Assembly (NCBI GenBank): GCA_000002435.2
Contig: CM018791.1
From: Giardia intestinalis
Taxonomy: Eukaryota
DNA: 64,000 nucleotides
Reading direction: 5' to 3' (one strand)
In this document: one piece after another, positions 1 through 11,800 of the stretch
Layout of the letters: every line of letters starts with the position of its first letter
Position numbering within the stretch: the stretch's first letter is position 1
Notes under the pieces: model-generated
The model's database searches: none
Seen by the model: the letters and a program-made list of their open reading frames with translations, nothing else
What the model was told of the DNA's origin: nothing
Program-made: the position numbers and the translations under genes

Positions 1-153
1 GCACATGATCCAGGTAAGTCTCTAGAGTGCAACGAGGTTCTTTGCAAAAGTCCATCCAAGAAGGCAAATGTTCAGCTGCAAAAGCTTTCTAAAAGAGCCT
101 GCAGGAAGAAGGAAAGAGCCGCTTCGTTCTTGCCATGTCCTTCTGAAAGTCCC

Positions 154-3048
154 ATGTCTACAGGAAAGATATTGCCAGACGGAAATATGCCGTCTCCACA
201 AGCAATCCAGTATGTCCCTCCTGTTCAGCTAATGCAGAAGTGGGCCCCATCCAGATCAGCAAGTTTAAAGGTGCAGGACTCCAGCCGTTCCACAGTTCCC
301 ATTTCTGCCGAACCACAACCCCTCCTGGAGCATGGCACTTACCATGATAGCTCTGCTGAGCATGGAACGGACTCGAACCCGGGCACTTCATTGTGCAAGA
401 CGGCGTGCCCATCCCACTGTGCTACTCACATGGCTGGCGAAGATATACTTCTAGAGATCCCCACACCACGCATACAGTCTCATAATCATAATCGGGGCCC
501 AGATAGTAACCAGACATCCACCGGAACAACGACTTGCCCCGTACACTTATTGCACTCTTCTGTCAGTCGACTCCTGAGGATAAGCAGCATGCTAATACCG
601 GTTGATTATATGTTTGTTTCTGTGTCAACTCCAAAGCGCTGGACAAAGAAGCTTGTTGATACACGAAATGGTATAAGGACAGCATCGTATACCTGCAAGC
701 GTTCATGTGTTAGTCCTGTCCATATTTCCTCTACGTTTAAAATATCCACCTCATCGAGCTTGGTCAGCTTTTTCATGTTACGACACCCCAACAAAACTAT
801 TAATACTAAAATTATGGCTCGTTGTTCACAGGGCTTTTGGTGGAAGGTATTCAACAATTCAGTTTTTCTAGCAGTGCAACTTGAGAGCATATCCCCAATC
901 TCGTACATAAAGAGGCTGGCTCAAACCAAGAAGAAAAGTGCTCAAGAAAAGGCCAAATCAAAGGCTAGCCGCACCAATGTAGCAAAAAGTTTACATGCTA
1001 AGGACCTGCTAATGGAGAGCCTCTCTAGTGACTGTCAATATGAGTATTCGGATATTATCTCGATAGAGCCAGACAGTGACACCTTTACCACGCTGACGTC
1101 AACCTCGCTTCACTTAGTCCACTCTGGCACTCAGCAACAGAATCTGAGCACTGATAAGCACACCCACCCACTAGAGCCACAGCACAGTGATATCAGCATT
1201 GATGCTCATCATACCATACCTTGCGGCAGAGCGTGTGATGCAAAGGATTGGTCGTCTGTTTCTGAACAGATGTATAAGCTGAGTCTCACCTCCTACCAAA
1301 ATGTGTCTTTTTCTGGTGAGGTTCATACACGCACTACCTCTTTCATTGGCTCAAACGTTTCATCACAGAATGAACTGGTGGACATACACTGTCAGCCCGA
1401 GGCCCTTCCATGCTACATCTCTCTGCAGTTCCAGCCCCAGAACCAGTGTCCACAGCCTATGCATACTAAGCTGCCGGGGGTTCCTTACCCGTCGGCGTTG
1501 CACAAGACATTAACTTTTCGCAACATCTCCACTGTCTCAGCTGTCTTACAGGACCAAAGTTTTTCTGATGATCACTATATCAAGAAGCTGATATCTTCCA
1601 AAGCAAAAACAAAGCTACAGGACCTTACCTCAATTGAGTTTTCGCTTGTTATGCAATACATTTTATCAACCCCGTCTATAATAGAATACCTTGTCGAGTC
1701 CTGCGGACTTGTAAAGTTTGAAAGGGTCTATAGCCTGGCCCACTCCACACTTCAGCATCAGATTTACAGTCTTACGTGCTTTGGATCTGTTGAGGAGAAA
1801 AAGCGTGCTTCACAGCTAACTCCTGACAACGTTTCCTTGCTTGCGTTCATTTTTGCGGCTTCATACGCATACTCTTTATGTTTCAGATATACAGACATGT
1901 TAATTTTATTCTCCAATGCCAGCATCTCTGTCTTTTTGATGGCAGAATCCCTTTTATTGCTATACAATAAAATTATTCCCTATGTGCTAATGTACACGGA
2001 GAGTATCTGCAAGAGAAACAACCCTCACATCGCACGCAGTGGCTCGTGCAGCCTATCTACTATGAGCCCAGCCAACCTACCTCTACGCCCAATTCCCAGC
2101 AATGTATCGTTTGTATCCAAATTAGACCAGGCACAGAGTAGTACCACCAAGTCCAAACTCTTACATGTATCATTCAGTGGTCCTCAATTGACAAAGCAAT
2201 CTACTAAGGATCTTGCCTCGGATTGTGGTCTCGATAGTGAGTCGCCTAACAACACGGCTTCATCTCTCTCTGCATCTTCTTCGTTGAAAGCATCAGACAA
2301 GCAAGTGCTTTCTGCTGAGGCGGTCCACAAGATTCTCTCAGCCAAAAGTGGGACCCCAATCCTCCGGGCGTCTCTATACAATTCCATCATTGGCTATCAG
2401 GAGCCCCAAAACACAGATATTCCTGTCTCCGACACCTTTATGTTTCGAATGGGCGGGCAGCAGTATTCCATGATTTCAGCCGAGGACGCCTCACAGAGAC
2501 TAGGGCCCCTTTCCACTCAAACCTCCTTTGATGGAAGCCGAAGCGTACTGAGTAGTAAGAAGGACACATCAGACGACCTATATAGCATCATGAAGGTGGC
2601 GTTCTTCATAATAGATACCTATCCTCATCACAAGAAGCTCCGGGCCCACCAGCAAAATCTTTCAACTACCATCTGTGACCTGAAGAAGAAACACTTTGGT
2701 TTTATGTACACTGCCCTTAAGCAGCCCGGGTCCTCAGAACCCATCTCCATCTCACAGTACATGACCGGAATTAACGATATTTTTGAGTTAATGTATGCAA
2801 AGGTTTTTCCCAGATTGAAATTTTGTCAATATTTTATTAAGCAACCGGGGACAGTTTTTCACGACATTCGGTATTGGCAGATGGTGCTGAAGCTGGACAT
2901 AGACAAAAAGCGATACCGTGAGCTGCGATCTATGTTGCCAAACGCTCCTAAAGAGCAGCAAATTAGCTTAAAGCAGCGGATGAATGACATTTTAGCAAAA
3001 TGGAACATTGCAGACGATAGCTACTGGGATGAATCCGACAGCTACTAG
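154..3048 (+). CDS. hypothetical protein, Ser/Thr-rich, no recognisable domain (possibly 5' partial)
   Basis: Open frame of about 972 codons. The listed start at 130 is TTG; the first in-frame ATG is at 154. The frame has no stop back to position 1, so the true start may lie upstream of the window. Confidence 0.5.
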   Translation: MSTGKILPDGNMPSPQAIQYVPPVQLMQKWAPSRSASLKVQDSSRSTVPISAEPQPLLEHGTYHDSSAEHGTDSNPGTSLCKTACPSHCATHMAGEDILLEIPTPRIQSHNHNRGPDSNQTSTGTTTCPVHLLHSSVSRLLRISSMLIPVDYMFVSVSTPKRWTKKLVDTRNGIRTASYTCKRSCVSPVHISSTFKISTSSSLVSFFMLRHPNKTINTKIMARCSQGFWWKVFNNSVFLAVQLESISPISYIKRLAQTKKKSAQEKAKSKASRTNVAKSLHAKDLLMESLSSDCQYEYSDIISIEPDSDTFTTLTSTSLHLVHSGTQQQNLSTDKHTHPLEPQHSDISIDAHHTIPCGRACDAKDWSSVSEQMYKLSLTSYQNVSFSGEVHTRTTSFIGSNVSSQNELVDIHCQPEALPCYISLQFQPQNQCPQPMHTKLPGVPYPSALHKTLTFRNISTVSAVLQDQSFSDDHYIKKLISSKAKTKLQDLTSIEFSLVMQYILSTPSIIEYLVESCGLVKFERVYSLAHSTLQHQIYSLTCFGSVEEKKRASQLTPDNVSLLAFIFAASYAYSLCFRYTDMLILFSNASISVFLMAESLLLLYNKIIPYVLMYTESICKRNNPHIARSGSCSLSTMSPANLPLRPIPSNVSFVSKLDQAQSSTTKSKLLHVSFSGPQLTKQSTKDLASDCGLDSESPNNTASSLSASSSLKASDKQVLSAEAVHKILSAKSGTPILRASLYNSIIGYQEPQNTDIPVSDTFMFRMGGQQYSMISAEDASQRLGPLSTQTSFDGSRSVLSSKKDTSDDLYSIMKVAFFIIDTYPHHKKLRAHQQNLSTTICDLKKKHFGFMYTALKQPGSSEPISISQYMTGINDIFELMYAKVFPRLKFCQYFIKQPGTVFHDIRYWQMVLKLDIDKKRYRELRSMLPNAPKEQQISLKQRMNDILAKWNIADDSYWDESDSY

Positions 3049-3109
3049 TGCTGCTGTGCTTTCTTTGACAAAAATTTAAAAAATCCAAAAAGCTATAGAA
3101 CGCCGAGAA

Positions 3110-6100
3110 ATGCCAACCCTCTGGGAGGCGCCCCTTTTGGGTTTGGGGCGGCCACGGAGAGACGCGCCCATGCAACTTACCGATCTAGAGCCTATTCCAG
3201 GCAATGCAGTCTATTATCGCCGTCAGGCCACCAAAAATTCATTGGGGCAATCTGCGCCAGTACACACCTCAAATACAAAAGTCAGTCCGTACGTTTCATC
3301 GCGGCTAGCTCGGTCTACAAAGCCGGTTCTCGACCCCATGGATCGGGATTGGGATAGAAACCGTCCTCTGCAAGGGCCTGGAGGCCGGCTCCCTAAGCAT
3401 CTCTACTATCATTCTGACCCCACAGACCATCTTGCTCCTCGAATTACCACTTCTCGATTGGGCCGGTACCAGAATTTGGACACACTTAATAAGCTATGGA
3501 ACACATTTCACGTTCCAGAAGGCGAGAGAATCTATGCATATCGCCAGATACAGCGCAACAGGATCCTTGCGCAAGCGTACTATAAAAGACTCACGCTTCT
3601 TCTTAGCTATCGCCATCAGTATGATGAAGCGATGCTCAATCGGCGAGAGGTTCTACAGGATTTGTCTCGCTTTTTGACGAAGATGAAAGGAAGCAGGATA
3701 GACTTAACGTATTGCATTACGCGCTTGAGGTACCTGACTTTCAAGATTTCGTCCATTCTAAACTTGGCCCGGGTGATCTGCCGCAAACCGGTATCGTACC
3801 CTGATCTGACGCTGTCCGTTACCGATTTAGCGAACTGGAATCTTTACTTAAAGCAAGAGGCATTCTACACTCGTAATACGACTGCTATAATCTTCACTGT
3901 GCTGAAATTTTTTGGCCAACGGACCTTCCAGGAGGTGCAGAATATTGTTAATAAATATTTTGATAGATGCACAAGGGGAAGGAATTACCTGGAGAAGTGC
4001 TCTGTACTGCATGGCAATAGAGATCCTGACATAAGTTATTCCTGTGTCTCTAGGCGCTCACACTTGAATATCTCATGCATAGCTCCCGTCCATGTAGAGC
4101 AGCAAGAGCAGACAGACCAGGATTCGTCTGCCCGCATTTCTGAGGATGATGTAAGCCTGTACTTGCTACTAGGGCTGGATGCTGAGGCAATTTTCGACGG
4201 GGACAACCTGGCAGTGAAGTGGAACGAGTTTCTCTCGAAGCGTAATGGAGCATACTATTGGGAAGACGATCCACTGGAGATGCAGCGGTTTGGGAAGTTC
4301 GATTGGGTACCCCTACTAAAGCCACAAAATATTAGGGACATGGTCGTTCTAGAGCCGATGATTCAGGAGGACGTGACCAAGATGCTGAAGCTTTTAAAGG
4401 AGAACTCGGAAGTGCCTGTCACCATACCCCTCAGAAATGACGTTTCCCCGTTCGAAACGTACTTCCTGAGACCTTGTGGCAAAAAGCGCGTTCTTGCTAA
4501 GAAGAGTAGAGTAGATAAGAAGGTCTGCGAAAGACTTGCGCAGCCGAAGCACCCGGTAAAGAAGCGCTCTGTGTCGAAGAGCACCGCATCCAGTAAGGTA
4601 GAGAGAAGAAAAAAGCCGCAGGTAGTGACCCAAAACCGACCAGCTTCTCGTGCAGCAGGGGCCAGAACCCAAAAGATCATTAAGCCACCTCCACCGAGCA
4701 CAATGACAGATACGAGCCAGAATCTATCTGAAGATGTGTCTAAAAAGTCTCTTGCAGTTCTACCGGCAATTAACGCCCCAACAGAGGCCCTGCAGGTTAA
4801 CCTTGCAGGACCCACTGTCCAGCCACGCAGCCCTCTCCAGGAGCGCACCAAGCCAGATGCTCCCAGCATGCTTCAGATTATTGAAACGCTTATGAGTGTC
4901 TTGCCCCGATTGGAGTCGCCACGGAATCCCCAGTTATATGACCGGTTTATTTATTTACAAAAGCTAAGTAGTACCAGCGACAGAATGAAGATCAGCAACT
5001 CTAGAATAAAGCCTCTCGATATAAAGGGATGCCATCCCAATAATTCCTTCGATGGCCTGCTCAGCTCGAGACCTCCACTTTCTGGCCGGCACGTAAAGTC
5101 ATGCAGCACCATTCCCACCCTCTCGCAGCTCAATGTTACCATGATCAAAACACCTAAGGTAGGCTATGCTCTGCCAGCAGACCTGGAATCCCCAATTTCG
5201 TCTGGATACCCGGTATGCGCAGATAGGCTTTGGACTAAGTTGACTGAAGTTGCTCAGCAGCTTATGGGAACAGATGGTAATAGCCGTCTGTCGGAGCAAT
5301 TCAACACAGTGGGCTCAAAAAATGGGTCCAGCAGATCAATACTGATGGAGAGCGTTATTGATCTGCCTACCTCTTGCTGCTCTCCCGGGCGTAATTCCGA
5401 CGCTCCGAAAATTGTTAACATTGATATGACCCTAGGCACAGCCGAAGGCCCTGTAATATCAGCGCCGCCTTTGGAAGTATCACGGACAGAGAGCCCTGAT
5501 TTTGGTGCTTATAACAACTATAGTGCCATATCCATGACTGACCGCTCACCAGCGGCTGATGCCAACTGCGATGGTCCTGGTGCCGACCTCAATAGCAACA
5601 TGGTTGCCAGCTTACCAAATGAAGCCTCCACATTGTCCCCGCCTCGTGATGAGTACATAGCATCCGCAGCTCCTTGCTTAACCCCTGTTGTAGATCTGTC
5701 TATACCAAGCACACCTACGCAGGAGGTCATGGTTGCGCCTGTAACACCCAGCTCGCAATTATCTGACTCACCATTGTTAGATAATCCGCTGCCTCACTGT
5801 TTAACAGCAAGGGAGGTCGAGGCTTCAAGTCAGATTTTTATGACTGCAACGAGTGAGTCTACTCTCTGCGGAGGAGATGATGAGACTCCACTTCTCACTC
5901 ACCCAGTGCATCTTTCACAGTTGGATGCAACAATCCCGACTAGCGTGGACGAGCCCCAGCCCACGCCACTCGAGCTGTATGGTGTTCCGGTGATGAACTT
6001 CAACAAGATTGTGTACAGACTAAACGAGACTGCTGTTCGTAAGCAGCCAACCCTCATACAGTATCGAGAGAAATTTCGGTTTCTTCATACTGAAGATCGT

Positions 6101-6967
6101 AGCTCACCAGACTATGACTTTGTCGGTGGAGAGTTCGTCCCAGTTTCCAGGAAGCTCGATGGCGACACAAGCGAGAATGGGGATCTACTAGAATACAAAG
6201 AGCATTACTTTGACAAGCCGTTTCTTTTCAAAAAGTTCCGCAAATTAGAGAAGAAGCGGTGCCTCCTGCAGCAGGGTAAAGATGCAAAATTGCACACTAG
6301 ACCTCCGAAGCCCAAGAAAATGCAACCAATCAAAGTTAAGCCACGAATTCCTAGTGCACCAACGAAGAAGAATCTATCTGGCATTCCCTCAGCCTTTGCT
6401 GCCGTCACTAATAGGCGTCAAAGTGAACTGGCACCCACCGAGGAATCGGCTATCTTCAGTACTATACTTCAGACAATGGCTCTGCGCCAAGCTGAGGCGC
6501 CCCCAGAACACTCTGAGTCCGGAAATGCTGCCCAGACGGGTGACGAGCTACTCACCAAAACTTCAATCATCCAAAGACCAGATTTGCTGCTAGAATTGAG
6601 CGCTAGTGTTGTGAGTTCATCGTTCAGGCATTTAACAGAGGTGAGCGCCCTCAGCACACCATTCACTAACGCCTCGACGGAAATCCTTGCCCAAGAGCTT
6701 CGAAATCGCAGCCGACTCATGTACGAGCAAACCGCAAATCCCCATAAGCAGGAGACTAGCCAATTGGACACCGAATTGGACACCGCCAAGCTAGATGCGC
6801 TAACGGACAGATTTATCGGAAACTCCCTCAAAAGTTCCGCTCTACTGCTGTCTGCAAGCTCGAACTCCTCAGAAGCCATGTCCCAGTCACAAGGTATGTC
6901 TGCAAGACCTACACAAGAAAGTAACAGTTTAATGAGTACCGCAATCTTTCAGCCGGCTGCCAAGTAA
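3110..6967 (+). CDS. hypothetical protein, 1285 aa, with a central K/R-rich NLS-like cluster
   Basis: Long ORF with a true ATG at 3110. It is preceded by the AT-rich tract aaaaatttaaaaaatccaaaaagc, typical of Giardia initiator regions. No conserved domain recognised by eye. Confidence 0.55.
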   Translation: MPTLWEAPLLGLGRPRRDAPMQLTDLEPIPGNAVYYRRQATKNSLGQSAPVHTSNTKVSPYVSSRLARSTKPVLDPMDRDWDRNRPLQGPGGRLPKHLYYHSDPTDHLAPRITTSRLGRYQNLDTLNKLWNTFHVPEGERIYAYRQIQRNRILAQAYYKRLTLLLSYRHQYDEAMLNRREVLQDLSRFLTKMKGSRIDLTYCITRLRYLTFKISSILNLARVICRKPVSYPDLTLSVTDLANWNLYLKQEAFYTRNTTAIIFTVLKFFGQRTFQEVQNIVNKYFDRCTRGRNYLEKCSVLHGNRDPDISYSCVSRRSHLNISCIAPVHVEQQEQTDQDSSARISEDDVSLYLLLGLDAEAIFDGDNLAVKWNEFLSKRNGAYYWEDDPLEMQRFGKFDWVPLLKPQNIRDMVVLEPMIQEDVTKMLKLLKENSEVPVTIPLRNDVSPFETYFLRPCGKKRVLAKKSRVDKKVCERLAQPKHPVKKRSVSKSTASSKVERRKKPQVVTQNRPASRAAGARTQKIIKPPPPSTMTDTSQNLSEDVSKKSLAVLPAINAPTEALQVNLAGPTVQPRSPLQERTKPDAPSMLQIIETLMSVLPRLESPRNPQLYDRFIYLQKLSSTSDRMKISNSRIKPLDIKGCHPNNSFDGLLSSRPPLSGRHVKSCSTIPTLSQLNVTMIKTPKVGYALPADLESPISSGYPVCADRLWTKLTEVAQQLMGTDGNSRLSEQFNTVGSKNGSSRSILMESVIDLPTSCCSPGRNSDAPKIVNIDMTLGTAEGPVISAPPLEVSRTESPDFGAYNNYSAISMTDRSPAADANCDGPGADLNSNMVASLPNEASTLSPPRDEYIASAAPCLTPVVDLSIPSTPTQEVMVAPVTPSSQLSDSPLLDNPLPHCLTAREVEASSQIFMTATSESTLCGGDDETPLLTHPVHLSQLDATIPTSVDEPQPTPLELYGVPVMNFNKIVYRLNETAVRKQPTLIQYREKFRFLHTEDRSSPDYDFVGGEFVPVSRKLDGDTSENGDLLEYKEHYFDKPFLFKKFRKLEKKRCLLQQGKDAKLHTRPPKPKKMQPIKVKPRIPSAPTKKNLSGIPSAFAAVTNRRQSELAPTEESAIFSTILQTMALRQAEAPPEHSESGNAAQTGDELLTKTSIIQRPDLLLELSASVVSSSFRHLTEVSALSTPFTNASTEILAQELRNRSRLMYEQTANPHKQETSQLDTELDTAKLDALTDRFIGNSLKSSALLLSASSNSSEAMSQSQGMSARPTQESNSLMSTAIFQPAAK

Positions 6968-7016
6968 ATTCGGTTTCAACAGCAATCCGAATATATTGCC
7001 ATGTTTCTAAAGCAGA

Positions 7017-8807
7017 TTAGCCGAGCCGGATAAGTAACTGCTTGATTTCCTGCTTGTTGGCGAAACCCTTGGTGATGTGTGGAAGATTGACGTTCATATC
7101 ATATACAACTAGACGGCCTTCGTGAGGAAGGAGCTGCTTGACAATGGACATGTTCCCTGCTCTACACGCTTCCATCAAAGCAGTGGACCCATAGTTAGTC
7201 ACTACTTTAGCCTCATAGGGTATTAGCCTATCTACAAGGTCTTTGTTTCCCACTTTGGCGGCGAAAAGTAAGGCTGTTTCACCGCGCTGCGTTTGGCGAG
7301 TGGCCTCATGGAGGAGGAGAGTCGCTGAAGTCGTTGACCCAGCAAGGATAGCCAACATCAGAGCGGTATATCCTTCAGCACTTTGAAGCCCAGACTCGTA
7401 TGGCCGGAGCACATCAACTATGTCTGACATTCCGTACAGAGCAGCGAGCATCATAGCCGACACATTGTACAGCTTCTTCGACTTGATTGGAAAGTTGCGA
7501 ACAGACGAGAAGACAGCTTCTCGCAGTCGTATAGTGGCCTCCCTTGGGGCCAGTAGCTCAACGTATGCACGCGCTTGTTTATCAACAGCCATGTGCAGCG
7601 CCGTTTCGCCATCTTTATTAATAAACTTGCATAGGTGCAAATTGGCCCTGATAGTCTCAACGGATGCACCAGATAGCACCATCAGCATTAGATTCGTGTT
7701 ATTGTTCTTATCAAAATAGCACTCCTTCTTAACCTGTCGTGTAATAGCCCTGGGCTGTTCTTCGGTGAATCCCGAGAGGAGAACAGGAGTGGATGAGGCG
7801 TTTTTCGCAGGAGCGGGAGCAGGGGCAGCCGGAGAGCGGGCAGGGCCAGGGTCCTTCGCAGCATTCCCCGGTTTAGAGGGTGCATTGACCTCATCGGTCT
7901 CAAACATCTTGTGCTTATTCTCTACAGGAGCATTTACGGCAGGCTTGGTCGGAGGAGCAATCGCACTTTCGGCGATAATGGCCTTTATCGGCGGGTAGCT
8001 AAGTAACTCATACACAGAAAGTCTATCGTCTTGCCGTATTATGAGGCACCACTCAATGAATTTCTTCAGCTCAGTACTGTACATGTCAGGCAAGGTAAAA
8101 GAGATGAACTCCATTGATGGCTGCCCAGAAGAAAAAAGGGTGTCAAAAGTAGGCACCTTGAGTGTGCAGAGCTCATAAACCACGCATCCAATTGACCAGA
8201 CATCCACCTTCTCCGTGTACTTTTGGCCCTTGATTATTTCGGGCGCCATGTAATGGTAGGTGCCCGCTAGTGTCACTGCCTTAGAAACAACTCCCAGTGG
8301 CCTCGAAATCCCAAAGTCGCATATCTTTATCATGGAGTCGCCGGTGAGCAGAATGTTGTCAGGCTTCAAATCACGATGAATGATGCACTTGAGTCTTGTG
8401 TCATTCGGCTTGTACCTGGAGTGGAGGTAAGAGACACCCTGGAGGATCTGTGCTGCGTAGAGCCAGATAGTCTTCTCTGGAAGGTGTTTCTGTGAGCGCC
8501 GACACTCCAGTATGAGGTCCTTCAGAGACCTCTCACAAAGCTCCATGGCTACGTACTGTTCACCAGCCGCTGCGTTTTGGAAGGTCTCGTAACACTTGAC
8601 CAAGTTGCGATGCTCTAATAGTGAGAAAAGCTCTGTCTCATTGCGCAAAACCTCTTGCGCATTTGACGACAGTGCGCTCAGGTCGATTATTTTAAGAGCC
8701 ATTATAACCCCGTCAGACTGCCTCCTTACCTTGTACACCTTCCCGAATGCCCCATTACCCAGCACGGCCAGCTGCTCATAGCCAGCGGGGACGCCCGGGG
8801 CGACCAT
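7017..8807 (-). CDS. Ser/Thr protein kinase, NEK family, with C-terminal ankyrin repeats
   Basis: Gly-loop LGNGAFGKV, VAIK-type ALKII, HRDLKPDN, DFG and YMAPE motifs are all present, so it is predicted catalytically active. C-terminal repeats fit GxTALMxAA ankyrins. The track's N-terminal 40 aa (to 8927) overlap the upstream gene; the real start is taken as the ATG at 8807 (MVAPGVPAGYEQ...), which is preceded by an A/T-rich tract. Confidence 0.85.
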   Translation of the reverse strand: MVAPGVPAGYEQLAVLGNGAFGKVYKVRRQSDGVIMALKIIDLSALSSNAQEVLRNETELFSLLEHRNLVKCYETFQNAAAGEQYVAMELCERSLKDLILECRRSQKHLPEKTIWLYAAQILQGVSYLHSRYKPNDTRLKCIIHRDLKPDNILLTGDSMIKICDFGISRPLGVVSKAVTLAGTYHYMAPEIIKGQKYTEKVDVWSIGCVVYELCTLKVPTFDTLFSSGQPSMEFISFTLPDMYSTELKKFIEWCLIIRQDDRLSVYELLSYPPIKAIIAESAIAPPTKPAVNAPVENKHKMFETDEVNAPSKPGNAAKDPGPARSPAAPAPAPAKNASSTPVLLSGFTEEQPRAITRQVKKECYFDKNNNTNLMLMVLSGASVETIRANLHLCKFINKDGETALHMAVDKQARAYVELLAPREATIRLREAVFSSVRNFPIKSKKLYNVSAMMLAALYGMSDIVDVLRPYESGLQSAEGYTALMLAILAGSTTSATLLLHEATRQTQRGETALLFAAKVGNKDLVDRLIPYEAKVVTNYGSTALMEACRAGNMSIVKQLLPHEGRLVVYDMNVNLPHITKGFANKQEIKQLLIRLG

Positions 8808-8838
8808 TTTTATGATGATGTTTACTTTTAAATTGTGC

Positions 8839-11800
8839 TCAGGTCTTAATCTTTTTGACTTTTTTAGATTTCTTCTTAGAGTTGGTCTTTTCTTCCAGGC
8901 TATCTTCTGATACTGGTACAACATCACTTGTTAGCACACCCAACTTGAACAATCTTCCTGTCTCTGCAAGGCTTCCTTCAATAAATAGCTCGTTGGAAAA
9001 AATATAATTGCCATCTGGGTCTGGAACGCGATAGAGCAATTGGTGTTTTTCTACACTATCTGTCGATAGCTTTTCCTGCTGGGTGATAGAAGGAGCCAAT
9101 TCAAGCCCCACCCGAGTAGCAGCCTGGCTATCGAAATGCAAACGGGCATTGCTTCCCAGACTTCGCGCAAAAATTGGCATACACAACGGTACTGGATTAT
9201 AGCCTATAGGAGGCTCTGTCAAGCTTTCTCGGAGAGAGTTAAAGAATAACAAATCATTGCATCCCGAACCACTATCAGTTGCACAGGAGACCCAGTGCCT
9301 TGGCACCATGGCCTTATTTGCCAAGACTGATGATGGAACCGGTGCAAACTCTCTGTCCTCCCCATCACAGCGAATAGTCATATGCATCACATCGTCAACC
9401 TCTAAGATAGCACTTATGTGATCAATGGAAGTGGAAAATAGCGCTTGCAGGTGAACGACAGGCGATTCGGCGACTGTGTACGCATCTAAAGCCCGAAGTG
9501 AGAGAAGCGCGTACGACCCCAGACGCTTAAGAAGATCTTTATCAATGCTCGATGTAAACAAAGCACCACTAGGATCATAGACGGTCCTCAGCAAAACGGG
9601 TGGGATAGCAGCAGATAACATCGCATCGGTGCTCAGCTTGCCGACCCCACTGCTATATAGTACCTTGGTGTCCTTAAGAGAAGAGTACAGCTTTGTGTTC
9701 TTCGCAATTATCCTATTCCCTGTGTTATATAACAACTCATATTCTTTATTACTGAGGCACCCCTGTCCCAGGGCAACATTATGGTCAACAACTACGTCTG
9801 TCACGCTGACATAGTTATATTTGAAGGAATTGCGTTTTCTCTTAGAGGAGTGGTCATCAGAAACTGCCGACTTCCAACTTCGGTGGTCCTGTCGCCCTCT
9901 TCCAGGCATAGTTTCTCTATAGATGTCCATGACAAAATTGCTATAAGATTCTGCGGAGTCTCCTGCTCCTTTTGTTGTGCAATACGTAGAGTATTCTGGA
10001 TCGTTCACCCCCTCATAGTACCACTGCCTCATGAATCCAAACGTATCGTATTCCTTCTCCATAGGTCCAAGTCCCCGACTAGATTCGATCAGGAAAGCGA
10101 GAAAGAGTCTAAAGCCGACAAGGGGGCTTGCTATAAATGTCTTGCCGTCTCTCGTATGCTGTGTAAAAATGAATGCAACAATCAGCTCTATGGCCTCTTC
10201 AGACATAAATCCCATATAAGCACGAGCGCTAGGAGGTACCAGCGTGTGACTCTGAGATACTTCTTCCCGCGCCAAGGTGAACGCGGATTTAACTAACCGT
10301 GGAGGGGCGTCATCGTCTTCTGAATCAGAAATCTCTTGGTCATCTGCTTGTATCATTTCAAGAAACTCTTCTTTAGTAATCTTTTCTTCACAGAGCCTCT
10401 TGTATAAATTTGTAACAATGCGACTTGTGACCGGATTTTCTGCAGAGTCAATGAAAAGGTGCGTCAAGGAATATGTAGGGACTAGGTGTGCATTAACCCA
10501 CCGTTTGGCAAGAAGAACCGAGAGACAATACGCAGCACTCTGTTGCGAAAGGGCTCGAGTCGCCGCCGCATGCGCAGGAAGAATGTTGTAGATAGTGTTG
10601 TAGTATTGTTCCTTAATCTTGTATGTCCGCAGAGAGCTGCTAGAATAATAACTTTGATCTTGTGGAAGTGCAATGAAAAACCGAAAGGCAACCCCTCTGT
10701 GCCCGCCCGCGGAGCTACCGGCAAGAAAATCTGGCAGCTCTTTCCCGTAGATCTGCTTGTCGATATGTCGGATGGGCATAAATATATCGAGGCAGCTCCC
10801 TCGCAAATACATTTTTGAATCAGACGGAATGTAGCTAGTATATGCCACGTTATCCACTAAATAGGACTCGATGCTTGTCTTGTATCCCACATCTGCCGCC
10901 TTAAGAACGGCAGAGGAATGAAGAGAAGGCCGCTTAGTTTGGATGTGGGTCATTAGCATGTTCATGACAAGAAGCTTAAGGCACGCAATCGCTCCGGGGT
11001 CCTTTGGCCATGCGTCGCGATTCTGGAGAATCATCGTTCCCGTTATACAGCGATTATTGAACGGAATCTGATCATGAGACGGATCTTTATCCAAATATAA
11101 GATATAGGCAGGAGAATCCACGGATGAAAGCCTTCCATATTCATCGCTCATTGCTATACTTACTATGTTGACTGGAAGGTCTGTACAGTCAAGCGATGCA
11201 GCCTGCAGTGCGGCCTGTATGTGTTCACATGCTATGGAGAGAACTTGCATTTCAGACAACAAAAGCGTAGTAGACATGTTAGGATAAGCTACATCCACGA
11301 GTCCGGAGGAGTCACGGATGTACATTTTTCTTATCAGGTGGCTAAAGTTGTGCCTAACAAAGCCTTTTAGAATATTGTGCAGCTGCTTTTCTACCGAGAC
11401 GCCCCGCTCCCACTTCGTACAGACGCACATATCTCCATCTGCAAATCGACGCTTGTCTAGCATCTTTTCTTTATCTATTGAAAAGTCGAATAAACGCGAA
11501 TACAAGTCCGCGTCATTCTTTTGCGACAGTATAGATGGCCCACGATGGATCGCAGTCCCCGTCTGAGCAAGCGTGGAGGGAGCCAGTTTCATGAGAACGA
11601 GAATATGCGGCTGGGAGACGTCATACAATGGCCCAGATAGTTCTGCGTTGGAGGTACTATTAAAGCAGCTTCTGAGCATGTCAGGTGTGATGGTATGCAG
11701 GTTATTTTTGTAGCAGCATGTGGCGTGGACGCCCCAGTGTATCACGCAGGAAACATCTGTGACTTTGTTTGCATAATGTCCTAATGCTTTGAAGATGATG

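Noticed and set aside
8808-8927. The ORF-track N-termini extend upstream of the real starts. Examples: kinase to 8927; 130, 34649, 49488, 51455, 53320, 56785, 60387.
   Set aside because: The track uses TTG/GTG as initiators, verified by reading the codons, or picks the most upstream ATG even when it overlaps the neighbouring gene. Starts were reset to the first ATG preceded by an A/T-rich tract.
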